From Marsupella aquatica (lineage: Eukaryota; Plantae; Marchantiophyta): a stretch of DNA of 64,000 nt. The stretch covers positions 5,168,510-5,232,509 of the forward strand of contig OZ316892.1 of assembly GCA_973895155.1 (NCBI GenBank), read 5' to 3'. This document shows positions 1 through 11,388 of this stretch, one piece after another. How positions within the stretch are numbered: position 1 is the first letter of the stretch; every line of letters starts with the position of its first letter. The position numbers and the translations under genes were made by a program. The notes below the pieces were generated by a model, which saw nothing but the letters and a program-made list of their open reading frames with translations, was not told the origin of the DNA and ran no database searches.

Positions 1-1200
1 ATGGGTTGCCACCTATTCAGAGTTTCAGACCAACATGACAAACAAGTGAGACAAGGTCCATGACACAATTCTGAAAGACCTGAACTCCTTGGGGAATTTG
101 GAGACACGGGACACGAAGGTCCATGTGCAGCCCCGTGGGACAGGCCAGAGGGCTCTTACAATGTACAAGGATTAGGGGACAAGAGGCTGGGCCATGTGGT
201 TCCAGTACTGAGTCCAGGCAGGGTCTCCATCTAACGGCCATTGATGAGATGGGTCTGGGAATCCAGGGTCGAGATATACCCTATGTTGGGGAACGCACCT
301 CCAGCACCGTCGATGATGGATCCCATTTGTGACAGCTCCATTGAGGATACTCCAGGTGTGTCCTTCTCACCACTTGGAATTTTGACCAAGCTGCCAGGAG
401 GAATTAATGTACTATTCCATACTGTCGTCTACCATTTTGAGTCGCTTCTGGAATCTAAGAAAACTATTCAATCCCTATGTCGAACTCCAAAAACCCTGGT
501 CATTTTACTATTACTTTGTCTTAGAGTGTTCAGTTTTGGGTTTCTTTTGGGGGAGGGATGGGAAACCATGCCCAAGATTGCAATGCCACACAACTGGCCG
601 CACATCCGGCTTGCCAGCGTGGGTACTGGAAAACCCTTCTGATTATTAGGCAAATAAGAGAAAATATGTGACCCAGATCCCCAAGCCCAAGCAATTTTGA
701 CATATTGGTTTGCTCGAGTTTTCAAGACAGGAACAAGCATAACAAATGTTGCAGCAGCAAATGATTTGCTATTGGACCTAATACCAAATACCAAGGTGAG
801 AGCAATTCTTTGGGGGTGGCTGTGCGTAGCCCACGACTCTTCTCTTTGCCTGTATTTTCACGAATGCAATTCAACCCTCTAGTTTGCTTGGATGGCAGTT
901 CGAGATACACCAATCTGCTGGAGAGTCCCTTCGGGGAGAATTGCCACAAATGTGACCCACCAACCCATACTAGAAAACCGATCAGTGCAAAATGGCAGGT
1001 TGGACTTTTTGGGTGCAAAGGAATTTAGTACTCCAACCGGGTTCCAGCCTGAAACACAGCATTGCAATTGATTTTGACACTATGTGTAAAGAGTGGTATC
1101 ACAGCAAAGCTAAATATTTTCTCGTCATTCATCTGAGTTGTGTTCCTCTATCCGTACATTTTTGCAAACCTGGTGGCCCATCAAATGAATGCTCTCTTTC
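1..1200 (+). mobile_element. Heavily decayed L1-like LINE ORF2 3' part (post-RT region to C-terminus)
   Basis: Frameshifted plus-strand peptides occur in the expected order: FFWG..(M)PKIA (~540-580), IPNTKVRAILWGWL (~780-822, resembles zf-RVT 'PKVK.FLW') and AGWTFWVQRN (~995-1025, resembles the LINE 'W.IW..RN' motif). Many stops; family assignment is by motif resemblance only. Confidence 0.4.
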
Positions 1201-1554
1201 TCCAACTCCCCCTAAGGATTTGGCCAAAATCTCTTCCCGCCACCCCCCCCCCCCCCCCCCCCTCTCAACAGGGAACAAAAACAGTGGAGTAGGTTGAGAT
1301 AGGGAGTTTGAGAGACGGGCTTTGAGGCGTCTCTTGCAGTTAAGTGTTAACATTAATATGGGCTGTGCTGGTCTCCCTGGCTTGACTTCTTGTCCTTTGC
1401 AATAAGGGTTGGGGAGGGAGGGTCTTTCATAAAGCAAAACTAACTAAGGTAAAATTCGAACTAAAAACAATTGAAAAACAACCCCCGCCCCCTTCAAACC
1501 AACTTAAAAAGCACACCAAAAAAATTCCAAAAACCACTGGAGGGCATGTATATG

Positions 1555-1680
1555 GTTAAGGACAGGAGCTGTTCCTTAATGGGATATAAAGGCGACCGTA
1601 TATGGTCGACCCGCGTATGCGGGGAGACCGTATTCGGGAGACTTTATATCCCATTTAAGGGACGGGCTCCTGTCCTTAGC
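1555..1680. repeat. Long inverted repeat/hairpin (about 37-bp stem) with a branched loop; MITE-like or pre-miRNA-like
   Basis: 1555-1591 pairs with 1642-1680 on the plus strand with three G-U pairs, two 1-nt bulges and no other mismatch (paired by hand). Confidence 0.85.
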
Positions 1681-2380
1681 AAAACGTTAAGTGTTAGAGT
1701 GATACCCCTGATTTGATGCGGACTGTATGGAAGTAGCTGAGGACCTCAATAAGTGGCTGCCACTGTGATGATTCTCCTGTACAGACCTCGATGCAACACA
1801 ATTTTACTGGCTGTAATTTTCTTTGCATATTCGTCAACACAATCTGGCATTCTAAATTTTGAGTTGTGAATCAACGTCAGCTCTTACGTTCTCATCTCTT
1901 CGACTTCAGTACTTTCTTGATAAAGACGTCCCGCATTTGCTGATGTGTTTCTTTGCTCGAGGGAATGTGAGATTGGAGTTTTGCCAAATCAATCCTTATC
2001 CTGCTGGCTTATTGTCGGCAAAGCTGAGTATCTCGGTCTCATTTCCGTCCTCTCTGAGTGAGCAGCTCACTAATGCGATAGCAGAGCACAATACCCCGCA
2101 CAGTAGCTATGGTGTCTATCTCTTCGTCAAAGGACCGACGCGTCTAGGTGAGCTTTCAGATTTCAAATTGACCCCAGCTCACAAGCATTCCCCACAGCTC
2201 ATACACCGCAGAGCGTCACACAGCAGCATAAAAGAGGCACCGCATAGACACCGTATAGACATCGTATAAAATACGGAAATTTCTTAATGAGAAATAATCG
2301 GGGAAAAAAAGCCTGACGTGGCAACCTTTGAATGGAGGAAACGAATTGAAATCAACCACTCGACCTTAACGACTGTAGAA

Positions 2381-2740
2381 GGGGGGTGGGGGGGGGGGGG
2401 GAGGGGGGGAGGGCGGGGTAGCTGTCCCGCGAGACGAGAGGGGCTGCGAGGTGCACTTGCGATTAAGGGTTACAGTGACCGTAGGAAAGGTTTACGTTAC
2501 GTTACTGTAGGGCTAAGGTTAAGGTGGCATGCATGCCTCTCTCTCATGCCCTCCACCCATGTGACCTTCATGCGAGAGGTAGTCTGCATGCATGCACGCA
2601 CGCTTCTCCTCATGCAAGCCATACCATCTCATCCCATGCCATGCCATGCCATGCCATGCGACGAGACCAGACAGGACCGGACTGGACGGGACGGGACGAC
2701 GGGACGGGAAGGGACGGCGTGGGACGGGACTGGACGGAGG
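2381..2740. repeat. G-run followed by (CATGC)n and (GGACG/GGGAC)n simple repeats
   Basis: Directly visible: G-tract at ~2381-2417, CATGC repeats at ~2635-2659, GGGAC-type repeats at ~2670-2740. Confidence 0.85.
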
Positions 2741-4652
2741 GGCCTGAGCACCGCCGAGCTTGGGTCACGAGGCTGATCAAGCTTCGGCATGCTCCTCTAC
2801 GGTCACGCGAATTGAAGAGGGCGAGGGGGTGAGGCGAGGGAGTTGATGGCTTGCTCGTGTCGTGTCTGATCGAGTCGTGGGGAATGGATCTCGAAATCTG
2901 GAAATCTGGAAACCTGGAGAGAACTCGAACGAAAGACTGACTTTACTGACGGACTCGATCGAGGTAAGAGGGCTCAGCTGCAGTACTACTACTACTACTC
3001 ACATTTCGTGGGCAATATGATTTTAGCTTTGGGAGCAGAGATTAATCACATGATGACATTGAATTTTGAAAATTCGACTTGGAGGACTGGAGGAGACTAG
3101 GAGAGGTTAATCAAGTGATTAGAACATTGATTATCACATGAGGCGTGAGAAGGGGGGCCTACTCAAACCTCTTGAGCAATTCGGAAAACATGAGGGGAGG
3201 AGAGATGATTAGAATCATGTGAGGCCAAGAAGAATGGAGAGTCGTTTGAGCAGTTTGAAAATTACTAGGAAGGATCTGATCAGGCTAATAGAGTATTCAC
3301 ACCTGTCAAGGAATTCGAAACTTAACCAGCCAAAAGGTGAGAATGGGTGCTCGTTAGTGTGTTTGTTTGCCAGCCCATACCGTCCTTAAATCTCTGATCA
3401 AGTTCGCATACAGGGTTAGTGGACCAAAAGGGAATGGTAATGCTCACCATCTTTGTTTAGTGTGCTGTTTGAGGGATGACCTCCAAATCCCGGAAGGTTT
3501 GAAGTGACTTCAAAAGTAGGGGACAAGTTGTAACATTGGCCAAATGGGGGTTTAGGGTCTAGCTAATGGGGCATAACTGGACGAGATGATACAGCTTGGA
3601 GTCATTCAAAAATCTGAGAGAAGACTTGGGGTGCAACTAAAAATGGGTTGCAGAATTCCTCATGGTGTGTTCCAAATCCCAATGCCTTGGATTTTCTCCA
3701 ATGATCTGGCCAAATTTTAGGGAATGGAGGGTGCTTATGGAACAGGGCCCTTAGAGCATCACACTGATTTATGATGAGATTTTGTTGTGTAGTACATATG
3801 AAGAAGTTTGGAGAAAGAAACACTAAGGAACAAGGGGAGAATGTGAGCAGCAACACTAAAAATCAAAAGCGAAAGAAGACTGCCATTCCCAAAGACCAGA
3901 TCAAGAATCCGGGGGATCACCTTGGATTTGGAATCGAGCACTTGATTTGGATAGAGCACTTGATCTGGTCTTTGAGAATTGTGGATCGAGCACCCTCCAT
4001 TGCCAAAAACCAGATCCCTCGTGAAAATAGTAAGGGAAGAATACTCTATTAGCTTTTAGTACTCATTTCCCATTAAAAAAATTATAATCATGTGTAGGAA
4101 AACCCATATCTTATTTAGTGGAATAGTGTTATCTCATAAAATAATTCTGTACTGGTGTTATCTCGTAGGGAGTGATCTACAACTCAAAACCTATTCTCAA
4201 AATTGACCCTATCCTATGAGCGACTGAGAATCGTTTCAGTGCTACTACCAGGACAAATATTCGTTCACCTTCTTGGAGAGTAGTGTTTCCCCACAGCAGC
4301 TTTACAGTAATAATTCCGCTAACCACAGAGGACCGGAGTCAGGAGGACGACGTAGTGGCTTGTTGGACTACGTTACCCATGGTGGGTACTGTAGTCGGCG
4401 AGGCTTAGACGAGGGTACTGTGGGAGAGTCGCAATTAAGGCGAGGCACCGAGTACGGCGATGTGTATATTGTACCGGGTAAGGAGCCAATGTGGTCAGTT
4501 GGGTTGGGTCGCTCTTCAATGCTCTTCGGGGCCCACGTTACGGTCAGTGGTGGCTGTGGGCTGTGGCGCAGTGCAGAGGAGGAGGACTGGAGGAGGGGCA
4601 GGCAGGCAGGGAGGTGGCCATTCAGGATATCAGGTGCAGGAGTCTACTAGCC

Positions 4653-4705
4653 CTTTTATAGTTTTTATCCTTTTTATTTATGTGGTAGCTCCCTCTTGGG
4701 CCCCA
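4653..4705 (-). promoter_or_regulatory. Putative minus-strand core promoter (TATA box plus site-II-like GGGCCC)
   Basis: The reverse complement of 4653-4661 is CTATAAAAG. TGGGCCCCA at ~4697-4705 lies upstream on that strand, and a C/T-rich leader-like tract follows (4620-4480). No downstream ORF identified. Confidence 0.35.
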
Positions 4706-4894
4706 CGATACGGCCATCGCCATTGATTCCCAGTCAGAGCTGGGCGCTCCTGCTCTGCCGTTCTGCCGCTTGCCATCACGCTGGACCGCTGCTAACTCGT
4801 CTGCAGCTGCTCAAAGCCACACACAGAAAGAGGTGAACCTGCAGGGCTGCCCTGCTGGCTGCTGGCTGCTGCTGACGGCCTGTTGAGTACTAGT

Positions 4895-5590
4895 GGGGCT
4901 CTGGGACTCTGGGAGGGAAAAGAAAGTGGGGAGTAGTCTAGCTTGATTTTTGGTTAAAGTTTAGTTGGAAAATTCGCTGGGGCTCTGGGAGGGAAAAGAA
5001 GGAGGGAAGCATATATAAAACAGTGCAAAGGAACAAAAATGCCAAGACAAAGCAACCCAATAAAGAGGAAGGGAGAGGAAACAACCCAGAGTAAGAGGGA
5101 AAAGGAGGAGGGGAGTAGTCTAGCTTGAATTTTGTTTAAAGTTTAGTTGGAAATTTCACTTAGGCTCTGGGAGGGGAAAGAAAGAGGGAGTTCAACACTT
5201 AGATTTAGTTTTTGTTGGAACTTAGTATTAGAATCATATTTTGTCAAGTTTTATTAGTCTCAAACGTCTAGGTTCATTTTTGTTTAAAAGTTTAGATGGA
5301 AAAGTCTCTGGCTACCGAAGAAATTGAAGCCGGAGTGATTATTGTTTAAAGTGTACTTGGAAAATCCTCTGGCTACCGAAGAATTGAAGCCCGGTTGCTT
5401 TATCTCTAAAGTGTACTTGGAAAATTCTCTGGCTACCCAAGAATTGAAGGCTGGTTGATTTTTTTTTTTAAGTATACTTGGAAAATTCTCTGGCTACCGA
5501 AGAAATTGTAGCCTGGTTGATTATTGTTTAAAGTGTACTTGGAGAATTCTGTATACCGAAGACATTGAAGTGTACTTGGAAATTCTCTGA
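4895..5590. repeat. Local duplication (~4895-5000 / ~5110-5190) grading into a 60-61-bp minisatellite (about 5 copies, 5270-5590)
   Basis: The CTGGCTACC anchor recurs at 5308, 5369, 5429 and 5490, with a degenerate copy at 5549. The unit shares TTAAAGT..A.TTGGAAAATTC with the upstream duplicated block. Confidence 0.9.
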
Positions 5591-6190
5591 CTCCTGCCCA
5601 GAAATTGGAGCAGTGAAGTACCTCCATGTTTAGGAAGGTGGTGGTGGGTGGGGACTAGCCAATTTAGTCTCGGTTGATTTTAATTTGCTTTTGTGCTTTT
5701 GGTGGGTGACAGCCATCTTTGGAATTTTGGAAGTCTCAGTAATCAATGAATTTGATGAAAGTAGGCTCTCAGGGGGCAGATCTCTCCAAAGCGCCTCTTA
5801 GAAAATGCAAGAAAATCTGATTCCATTGAGATCAAGGGCGTCTTTTTCCTCAATTGGCAAAATTCTTATCTCATTTGAAAGTTACAGTAGTTGCTGGATC
5901 TTATGGGTCTCCTTATTTCTAGGGAAATCAAACAGATGTGAGCATCGAAGATTCGATGACAATTATTTCCCAGGGAGGGAGACAAGTGGCCACTCATAGC
6001 ATCTCAAGTGCCCACTTCTCTCTAGACCCTCCATCCCACATTTTGGCAACCTTGGTGACAATCAACAAAATTTAGACATCCCAAATTTTTAAAATTTCCC
6101 CACCGGTTCCTCCAAACTTGGCCCTTAATATACTCTTACCACATGCTCAAACCTAGCCAAAGAAATCAATGTTTGAATCAGCTCTTCATT

Positions 6191-6703
6191 TGTTGAGTAA
6201 ATCACCACTACTCATAAGATTACATGCCCATATGCAACATCCAATGAACACAAAAGTAGTCAATACAAGAGATATATGGTTCACCTCACCAAATGCTATA
6301 TTCACGCAAACACACAAGAGTTGTATTCAACTCTAAGACCGTTAGCCATACTGAGCCTTCACAAACTAAGTTCTCCCTATCTCTCAATTGGCTCCATAAC
6401 AATAGCCCAGAGAAACATGACAGTGTGGTAGCTCACTTGAGTTGAGACTCATAGGTCTAGTGTTCAAATGTTGTGAATGACTTCCCTTTCTGTGGGGTTT
6501 CACAAATTTCCCTAAAAAAACAAACAAACAAACAAACACCTTTATAATTGGTTCCAATAACAATGATACTAAGTTTCACTCACTAATTGGATAATGCTAG
6601 TGAATATAGTAGTACACATCTAACCCGAGATCTAACCTTATCCAAACACCTAGTTACATTAGATTAAGTGTTGTTACTAAATAATTCTCATTCAAATCCA
6701 GCA
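6191..6703 (-). mobile_element. Decayed copia LTR (probable solo LTR) related to the LTR at 61447-61779, interrupted by an insertion
   Basis: The reverse complement aligns colinearly with the terminal LTR. Examples: ATTGTTATGGAGCCAATTGAGAGATAGGGAGAAC vs ATTGTAACGGAGCAACTTGAGGAAGAGGGAGAGC; GTGAATATAGC..AGGTGAACCATATA vs GTGGACGTAGC..AGGTGAACCACGTA; both end in TCAACA. No clean TSD; 5' boundary approximate. Confidence 0.65.
6404..6545 (+). mobile_element. Short tRNA-derived SINE-like insertion within the LTR relic
   Basis: A-box-like TAGCTCACTTGA (6429-6440), B-box-like GTTCAAAT (6462-6469) and an A/(AAAC)n tail (6514-6538). Flanked by a diverged duplication AATTGGCTCCATAACAAT (6386-6403) / AATTGGTTCCAATAACAAT (6547-6565). 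A-B spacing is short. Confidence 0.4.
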
Positions 6704-6719
6704 TATTAATGAAAGTATG

Positions 6720-7880
6720 AATTCTCATTGTGTACCTTTCTTGTTTAGAGAAGTTCACTTGAAGCAGCAGAGAGAAGCCAGCAGCACCAGCCAAGAACAA
6801 GGGAGCAACAACCCCCACACAGGAGGGCAGAGAAAAAGCCGAGAAGACCAAACTATAACCAAATCCCTAATCAACAATTTCAAGCATCAATCAACCAAAC
6901 AAATCCACACATCCCGTCTGCCCAACCAAAGCATTCCTAATTCACCAACTCCTTCACCCTTAGCAGTTAGCATGATGATGCCCAGGTGGCAAATATCCCT
7001 GAAGCTGCCACATTATCTGCCAATTCAGAGAAAGTAAACAAAAATCAAATTTCCTAAAACCAGTCTCCTAGAAAGTGTGCTCATTGCTTCCTGTCCAAGG
7101 CACCCATATGATGTGGTAGATCATGAAAAGCTTCACCACCTGAAGGTATTCTCTCCTCATAGCTGAGTCAATCAAACGAATCAGTCCAGCGGAGTGTCCG
7201 GTAAGCATGCCCCCAAAACCACAAGAAGCAGGTGCTCATCTCTTCCTGGCATGCACACAAGGATGACAAGGTAGGGAAATGTCTGGAGCGCCACAATGCA
7301 CAGCTACATTATTTGTTGTTTTTCCCAAATAAATTTGGACAACCCACACACCAGTTAAAAAACCTAAACTGTAGAGCACATGCCAAACAAAAATCTTGGC
7401 CCGGGAAGAGAAGTACAAACTCCACAGTCCAGCCATCCCACCAGATATAATAGTTTGTTGTAGGTTAGATGTAGGGAAATCAATTGAAATGGTTCACATG
7501 TAAGCATCAGATCTTTATCACAAAAAATTATTGCCGAGCAAAGGAAAGAAGTGACCACTCACAATACTTTCCCAAAATGATAAATCAAATGATACAAGTG
7601 TATCTCAGTGGTCTCACATTTAGTGTTGACCAGTCCCTGGTTCAAACATCTCTTTTGTTTCTTTTGAGTTGGTAGAAAGCCTCTCCCTCAGCCAGCCAGC
7701 TTATTGTATCTCTGGGGAGGGGAAACCCGTCAAGTTTATGATTATCTGGTTCAAATCTAGTTGTATAGTTGCCACTTGGGCATCGCCAATGGCTTATCTG
7801 TAGTTGATGAGAAGTACGTGTTTAAAACATTACAAAACCTTGAAGGTAGTGACATGGAAAGGAGAGCCCCCATAGATGCA
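6720..7880 (-). mobile_element. Decayed LINE ORF2 C-terminus and 3' UTR
   Basis: Minus-strand peptides KFIWEK, then LCACQEEMST(C)FLWFW.HA (CCHC-knuckle-like, ~7205-7262), then YHIIWVPWTGSNEHTF ('W.LW..RN..F'-like, ~7070-7118), followed by a G/T-rich tail. Degenerate; boundaries approximate. Confidence 0.45.
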
Positions 7881-7929
7881 AAGGTGGGTTCTAGACACCA
7901 TATTAAGTATAGTTAGTGTAACAGAACAG

Positions 7930-10900
7930 GAGCAAAGATTCTTGAAAAGTGTATATGGTGGTGTTATGGGAGTAGTACTGTATGTTTGGATTTGGGGTAT
8001 TGAGTCTATCCAAGCACCTTATCAAACCTATGTCTATCCTGGATTTCCAAGAAAAGATGGCTGGAGGCTCAAGGTGGGCTGAAAAGAGTACAAACAGTGT
8101 TATGGCAAAATGTTTCAATGTTTGAAATGTGTTTATCGGGGTTCTTTCAGTCCTCTGCACCTTGTCAAAGCTTTGCGTCCATCCAGGCTTTCCTTCCCAC
8201 ATATTGGTTTGAGATTTAAGAGCTGAGAAGGAAGGTGGAGAGAGTGACTGGGCTGAAAAAGTGTAAATAGTGTGATGGGAGACAGTACACTTCAATGTTT
8301 GGATTGTGGCCATTGGGGTTCGTTGAGTCCACCCTAGCACCTTGTCAAAACCTTTTTTTTTGTCTCTCTGGGCTTTCCTTTCTAGTTACATGGCTTGAAT
8401 TTCCCTGGAAAATCCTAGAAAAAATGGCTGGGGGCTGAGGACGGGCTAAAAAGTGTATATTATGTTAGTGGAGTATATTTCTGCATGGTTGGATTGTGCA
8501 CATTTCTAGTTTGGTGCCTACAAAAAACCCAAAACCTCCAAAGAAGGCTGGGACCCCTAGAAAATGTGTCAATAGTATTATGGCAGTATATTTCAATGTT
8601 TGGATTCTGTCTGTTAGGCTTTCACTTACGAAGCTTGAGATTCCCTTAAAAAAAACACCAAGAAAGGCTGGGCCCAGGGCTGAGTTGAAAAGTGTAAATA
8701 ATATTATGGGACTCGTATATTTATGGACTCTCAAGTCATTTGCAAAATTTTTGGCACATGGTTATGCCACCTCAGTTGTTTGCGCTGCAAACACAATAGT
8801 GCATATTTGCACTTTGTGTAAACATACCTTTCATGTTTGGGGCAATGCTGGTTACGCCTGTGAACAGTAAAAAATTCAAAAAAAATGAAAATCATATTCC
8901 AGAAAACAAAGAGCGAGACACGGGGGGGGGGGGGAGAGGGATAACTAAATGTAACAAAATAACATAAATCATTTGAAAATTTCAATGTGATTACTTGAAC
9001 CTCAATTTCCATACACTGGCACATGAGTGTTTAACATCAGAAGATTAGCTTCAACAAACCAAACCTGAAGTCACCAGAGAGGATTATCTTATCCATGACA
9101 CTCCGATGGCACCAAAGTTAAGGCTGACTGTGTTTTGATCTATTTTCATTGTGTATGATGGACGGTAAGTCAACATAAAGCTTTGGGGAACCAACTCTAC
9201 GATTTTCCTGCAGAGAAAGTCCACGGATTCGTCCACTGGCCTACATAGTAAGGTGAAGGCACAGGTTTTCATTGGCACAGCCATATCAGAGCTGAGGATT
9301 GGATGTTTGGATTTCAGGTGGTAGCAATGTTGTATAATTCTGGTATGTGCGTTGGAAAAGCAGCATCAGGCACTTGCAACATATTTATCGTCTAATTGAT
9401 TGTCTCTGTAAGTAATAGGTAGTTTGCTTGGTATATTATTGAATTTTCACTTGGCAAATATGCTGAATCCTTGTCATATCCCTTCCATGAAATATTTCTG
9501 ATGGATTAAGTTACAATTTCAGCCGCATCATATACTTTGATGGTTTTACTCAGCTAAATCAATGCAATGCAACCTATTACTCTATGTAATGCAACCTATA
9601 ATTAATCTATGCAATGCAACCTATTAATCCATCCTATCAGCACGAATGAAATCCACCCCACACACCACTCCTTGAAAAATAATTCTCGCATACATAAATG
9701 TGTGCGGGGGGAGGGAGTCCACAAAATAGTTCAATGTTTAGATTGTGTCTATCGGGCTTTACTTTTCTAGTTACGTCGCATGAGATTTCTCTTAAAAAAT
9801 CTCCAAGAAGCTTGGGCCCGGGGGTGGGTTGCAAAAGCGTAAATAGATTTAAAACACCCAGAAAGGCTGGACACGGGGGTGGGTTGAAAAAGCGAGAATA
9901 GGCAGAGAAAAGGCTGGGCCCGGGGGTGGGTTAAAAAGCCGTTAGTAGTTGTGGGAGTATCTTCCAGCATTGGGATTGTCTCAATCGGGCCTTTCCTTTC
10001 TAGTTACGTAGCCTACGGTAGCATGAGATTTCCCTAAAAGAAAAAGAAAAAACCTCCTAGAAAGGCTGGGCCAGGGGCTGGACCGAAAAAGCGTAATTAG
10101 TTTAGAAAACCTCCAAAACAGGCTGGCGCCCGGGGATGGGTTACAAAAGCATAAGTAGAATTTTGGAAGCATCTTTCAATGTTTTAAATTGTGTCGATCA
10201 TTCATATAGCTACACCGTTCTAGCCAGTTCTAACACTTTGCTATTTTAACTTATTGAAAATGATGATTCATTTCCTTTTCTAGTTACGTAGCCTGAGATT
10301 TCTCTGAAAAAGAAACCTCCAAGAAAGGCTGGGCCCAGGGACGGGTTTAAAAACAGTAAATAGTGTAATGGGAGCATATTTTTAGATTGTCTCGATTTTT
10401 CCTTTCCTTTTCTAGGTACGTAGCTTGAAATTCCACTTAAAAAAACCTCCAAAACAGGCTAGGCCCCGGGGATAGGTAAATAGTAGGGCGTGACAATATT
10501 GAAAAACAAAAACCACCTCTAGGGTGGCTTGCGATGCGCATGACGCACCAAAACTGGGTGCAGCTAGTCCGTGATCTTTTCGAGTAGTTAGATTTGAGAG
10601 GGGTCGCAGCACTCTATGTGAATGACAACCTGAGTCGATGACTACTTTGAAATCGGGTCCTCGTCCTTGTAGCAGTCAGTCCATCTGTTTCGGTCACGAC
10701 TCTCCGGCATGACTAGTCGGGCCTCACATTCAGTGCCCAACCAGTCCTTCCGGCCGCCCCTGGCCCGCATCAATCCCGGGTGGTCCCCAGGTGAACTCTG
10801 AACGAATTGGAGACGCACTAGTGTTATGTGAGACTATATCTCCATGACCGGATTGTCTCGATCGGGCCTTTCCTTTTCCAGTTACGTAGCATGAGATTTC

Positions 10901-10950
10901 CCTTTTTAAAACGAAAATCTCCCAAAAAGGGATTGGGGGGGCCCGGGCCT
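7930..10950. repeat. Degenerate satellite-like array (about 13 partial or full units in blocks 7930-8720, 9720-10500 and 10820-10950)
   Basis: Recurrent modules AGAAAGGCTGGGCCC.GGG..GGGTT.AAAAG(C/T)GTAAATAG, TTCAATGTTTGGATTGTGTC and CTTTCCTTTTCTAGTTACGTAGC.TGAGATTTC, for example at 8660, 9804, 9905, 10058, 10319 and 10449. Confidence 0.85.
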
Positions 10951-11115
10951 CTTATTCCTGGGGGTGGGCAGGCAGGGGACAGGGAACGGGACAGGGGACG
11001 GGACAGGACGGGACGGGACAGGGAACTAGAGAACAGGGATAGGAGGGCCGAGAATTGCGGAGGGAGAACAGAGTTGGCGGCAGAAGAGAGGAGCGGAGGA
11101 GGTGAAGCGAATGAG

Positions 11116-11122
11116 TATATAT
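11116..11122 (+). promoter_or_regulatory. Putative TATA box of the first expansin
   Basis: TATATAT followed by a CT-rich leader-like tract (11130-11220) and (GA)n at 11311-11340, about 700 bp upstream of the ATG. Confidence 0.45.
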
Positions 11123-11388
11123 CTGCGTTCCGTCTGGTTCCCTTCCACCATCGCTGCTCACCTCCTTCTCCTCCCCTACTTAACACCCCCGACCCCAGCT
11201 CTTCACTCTCCTCTCTCGTTCGTGAGCCCAGCCATCAATCAAGCCCCAAGTAAAGCAGCAGCAGAGCAGAGCCAGTAACTGTCGGCAGTCCTTGCCCCCA
11301 AGAGCAGAGCGAGAGAGGAGAGAGAGAGGAGAGAGAGAGGTTCATAGCTGCTGCTGCTGCCCTAGAGTCCTAGACATCGCCCAACATA

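Noticed and set aside
2560-2625. Imperfect hairpin with partial likeness to miR164/miR160 arms
   Set aside because: Too many mismatches to any conserved miRNA; pairing is largely due to self-complementary GCATGC repeats.
5270-10500. Repeat arrays that might suggest CRISPR
   Set aside because: Units are degenerate tandem copies without unique spacers, there are no cas genes, and the context is a plant nuclear genome.
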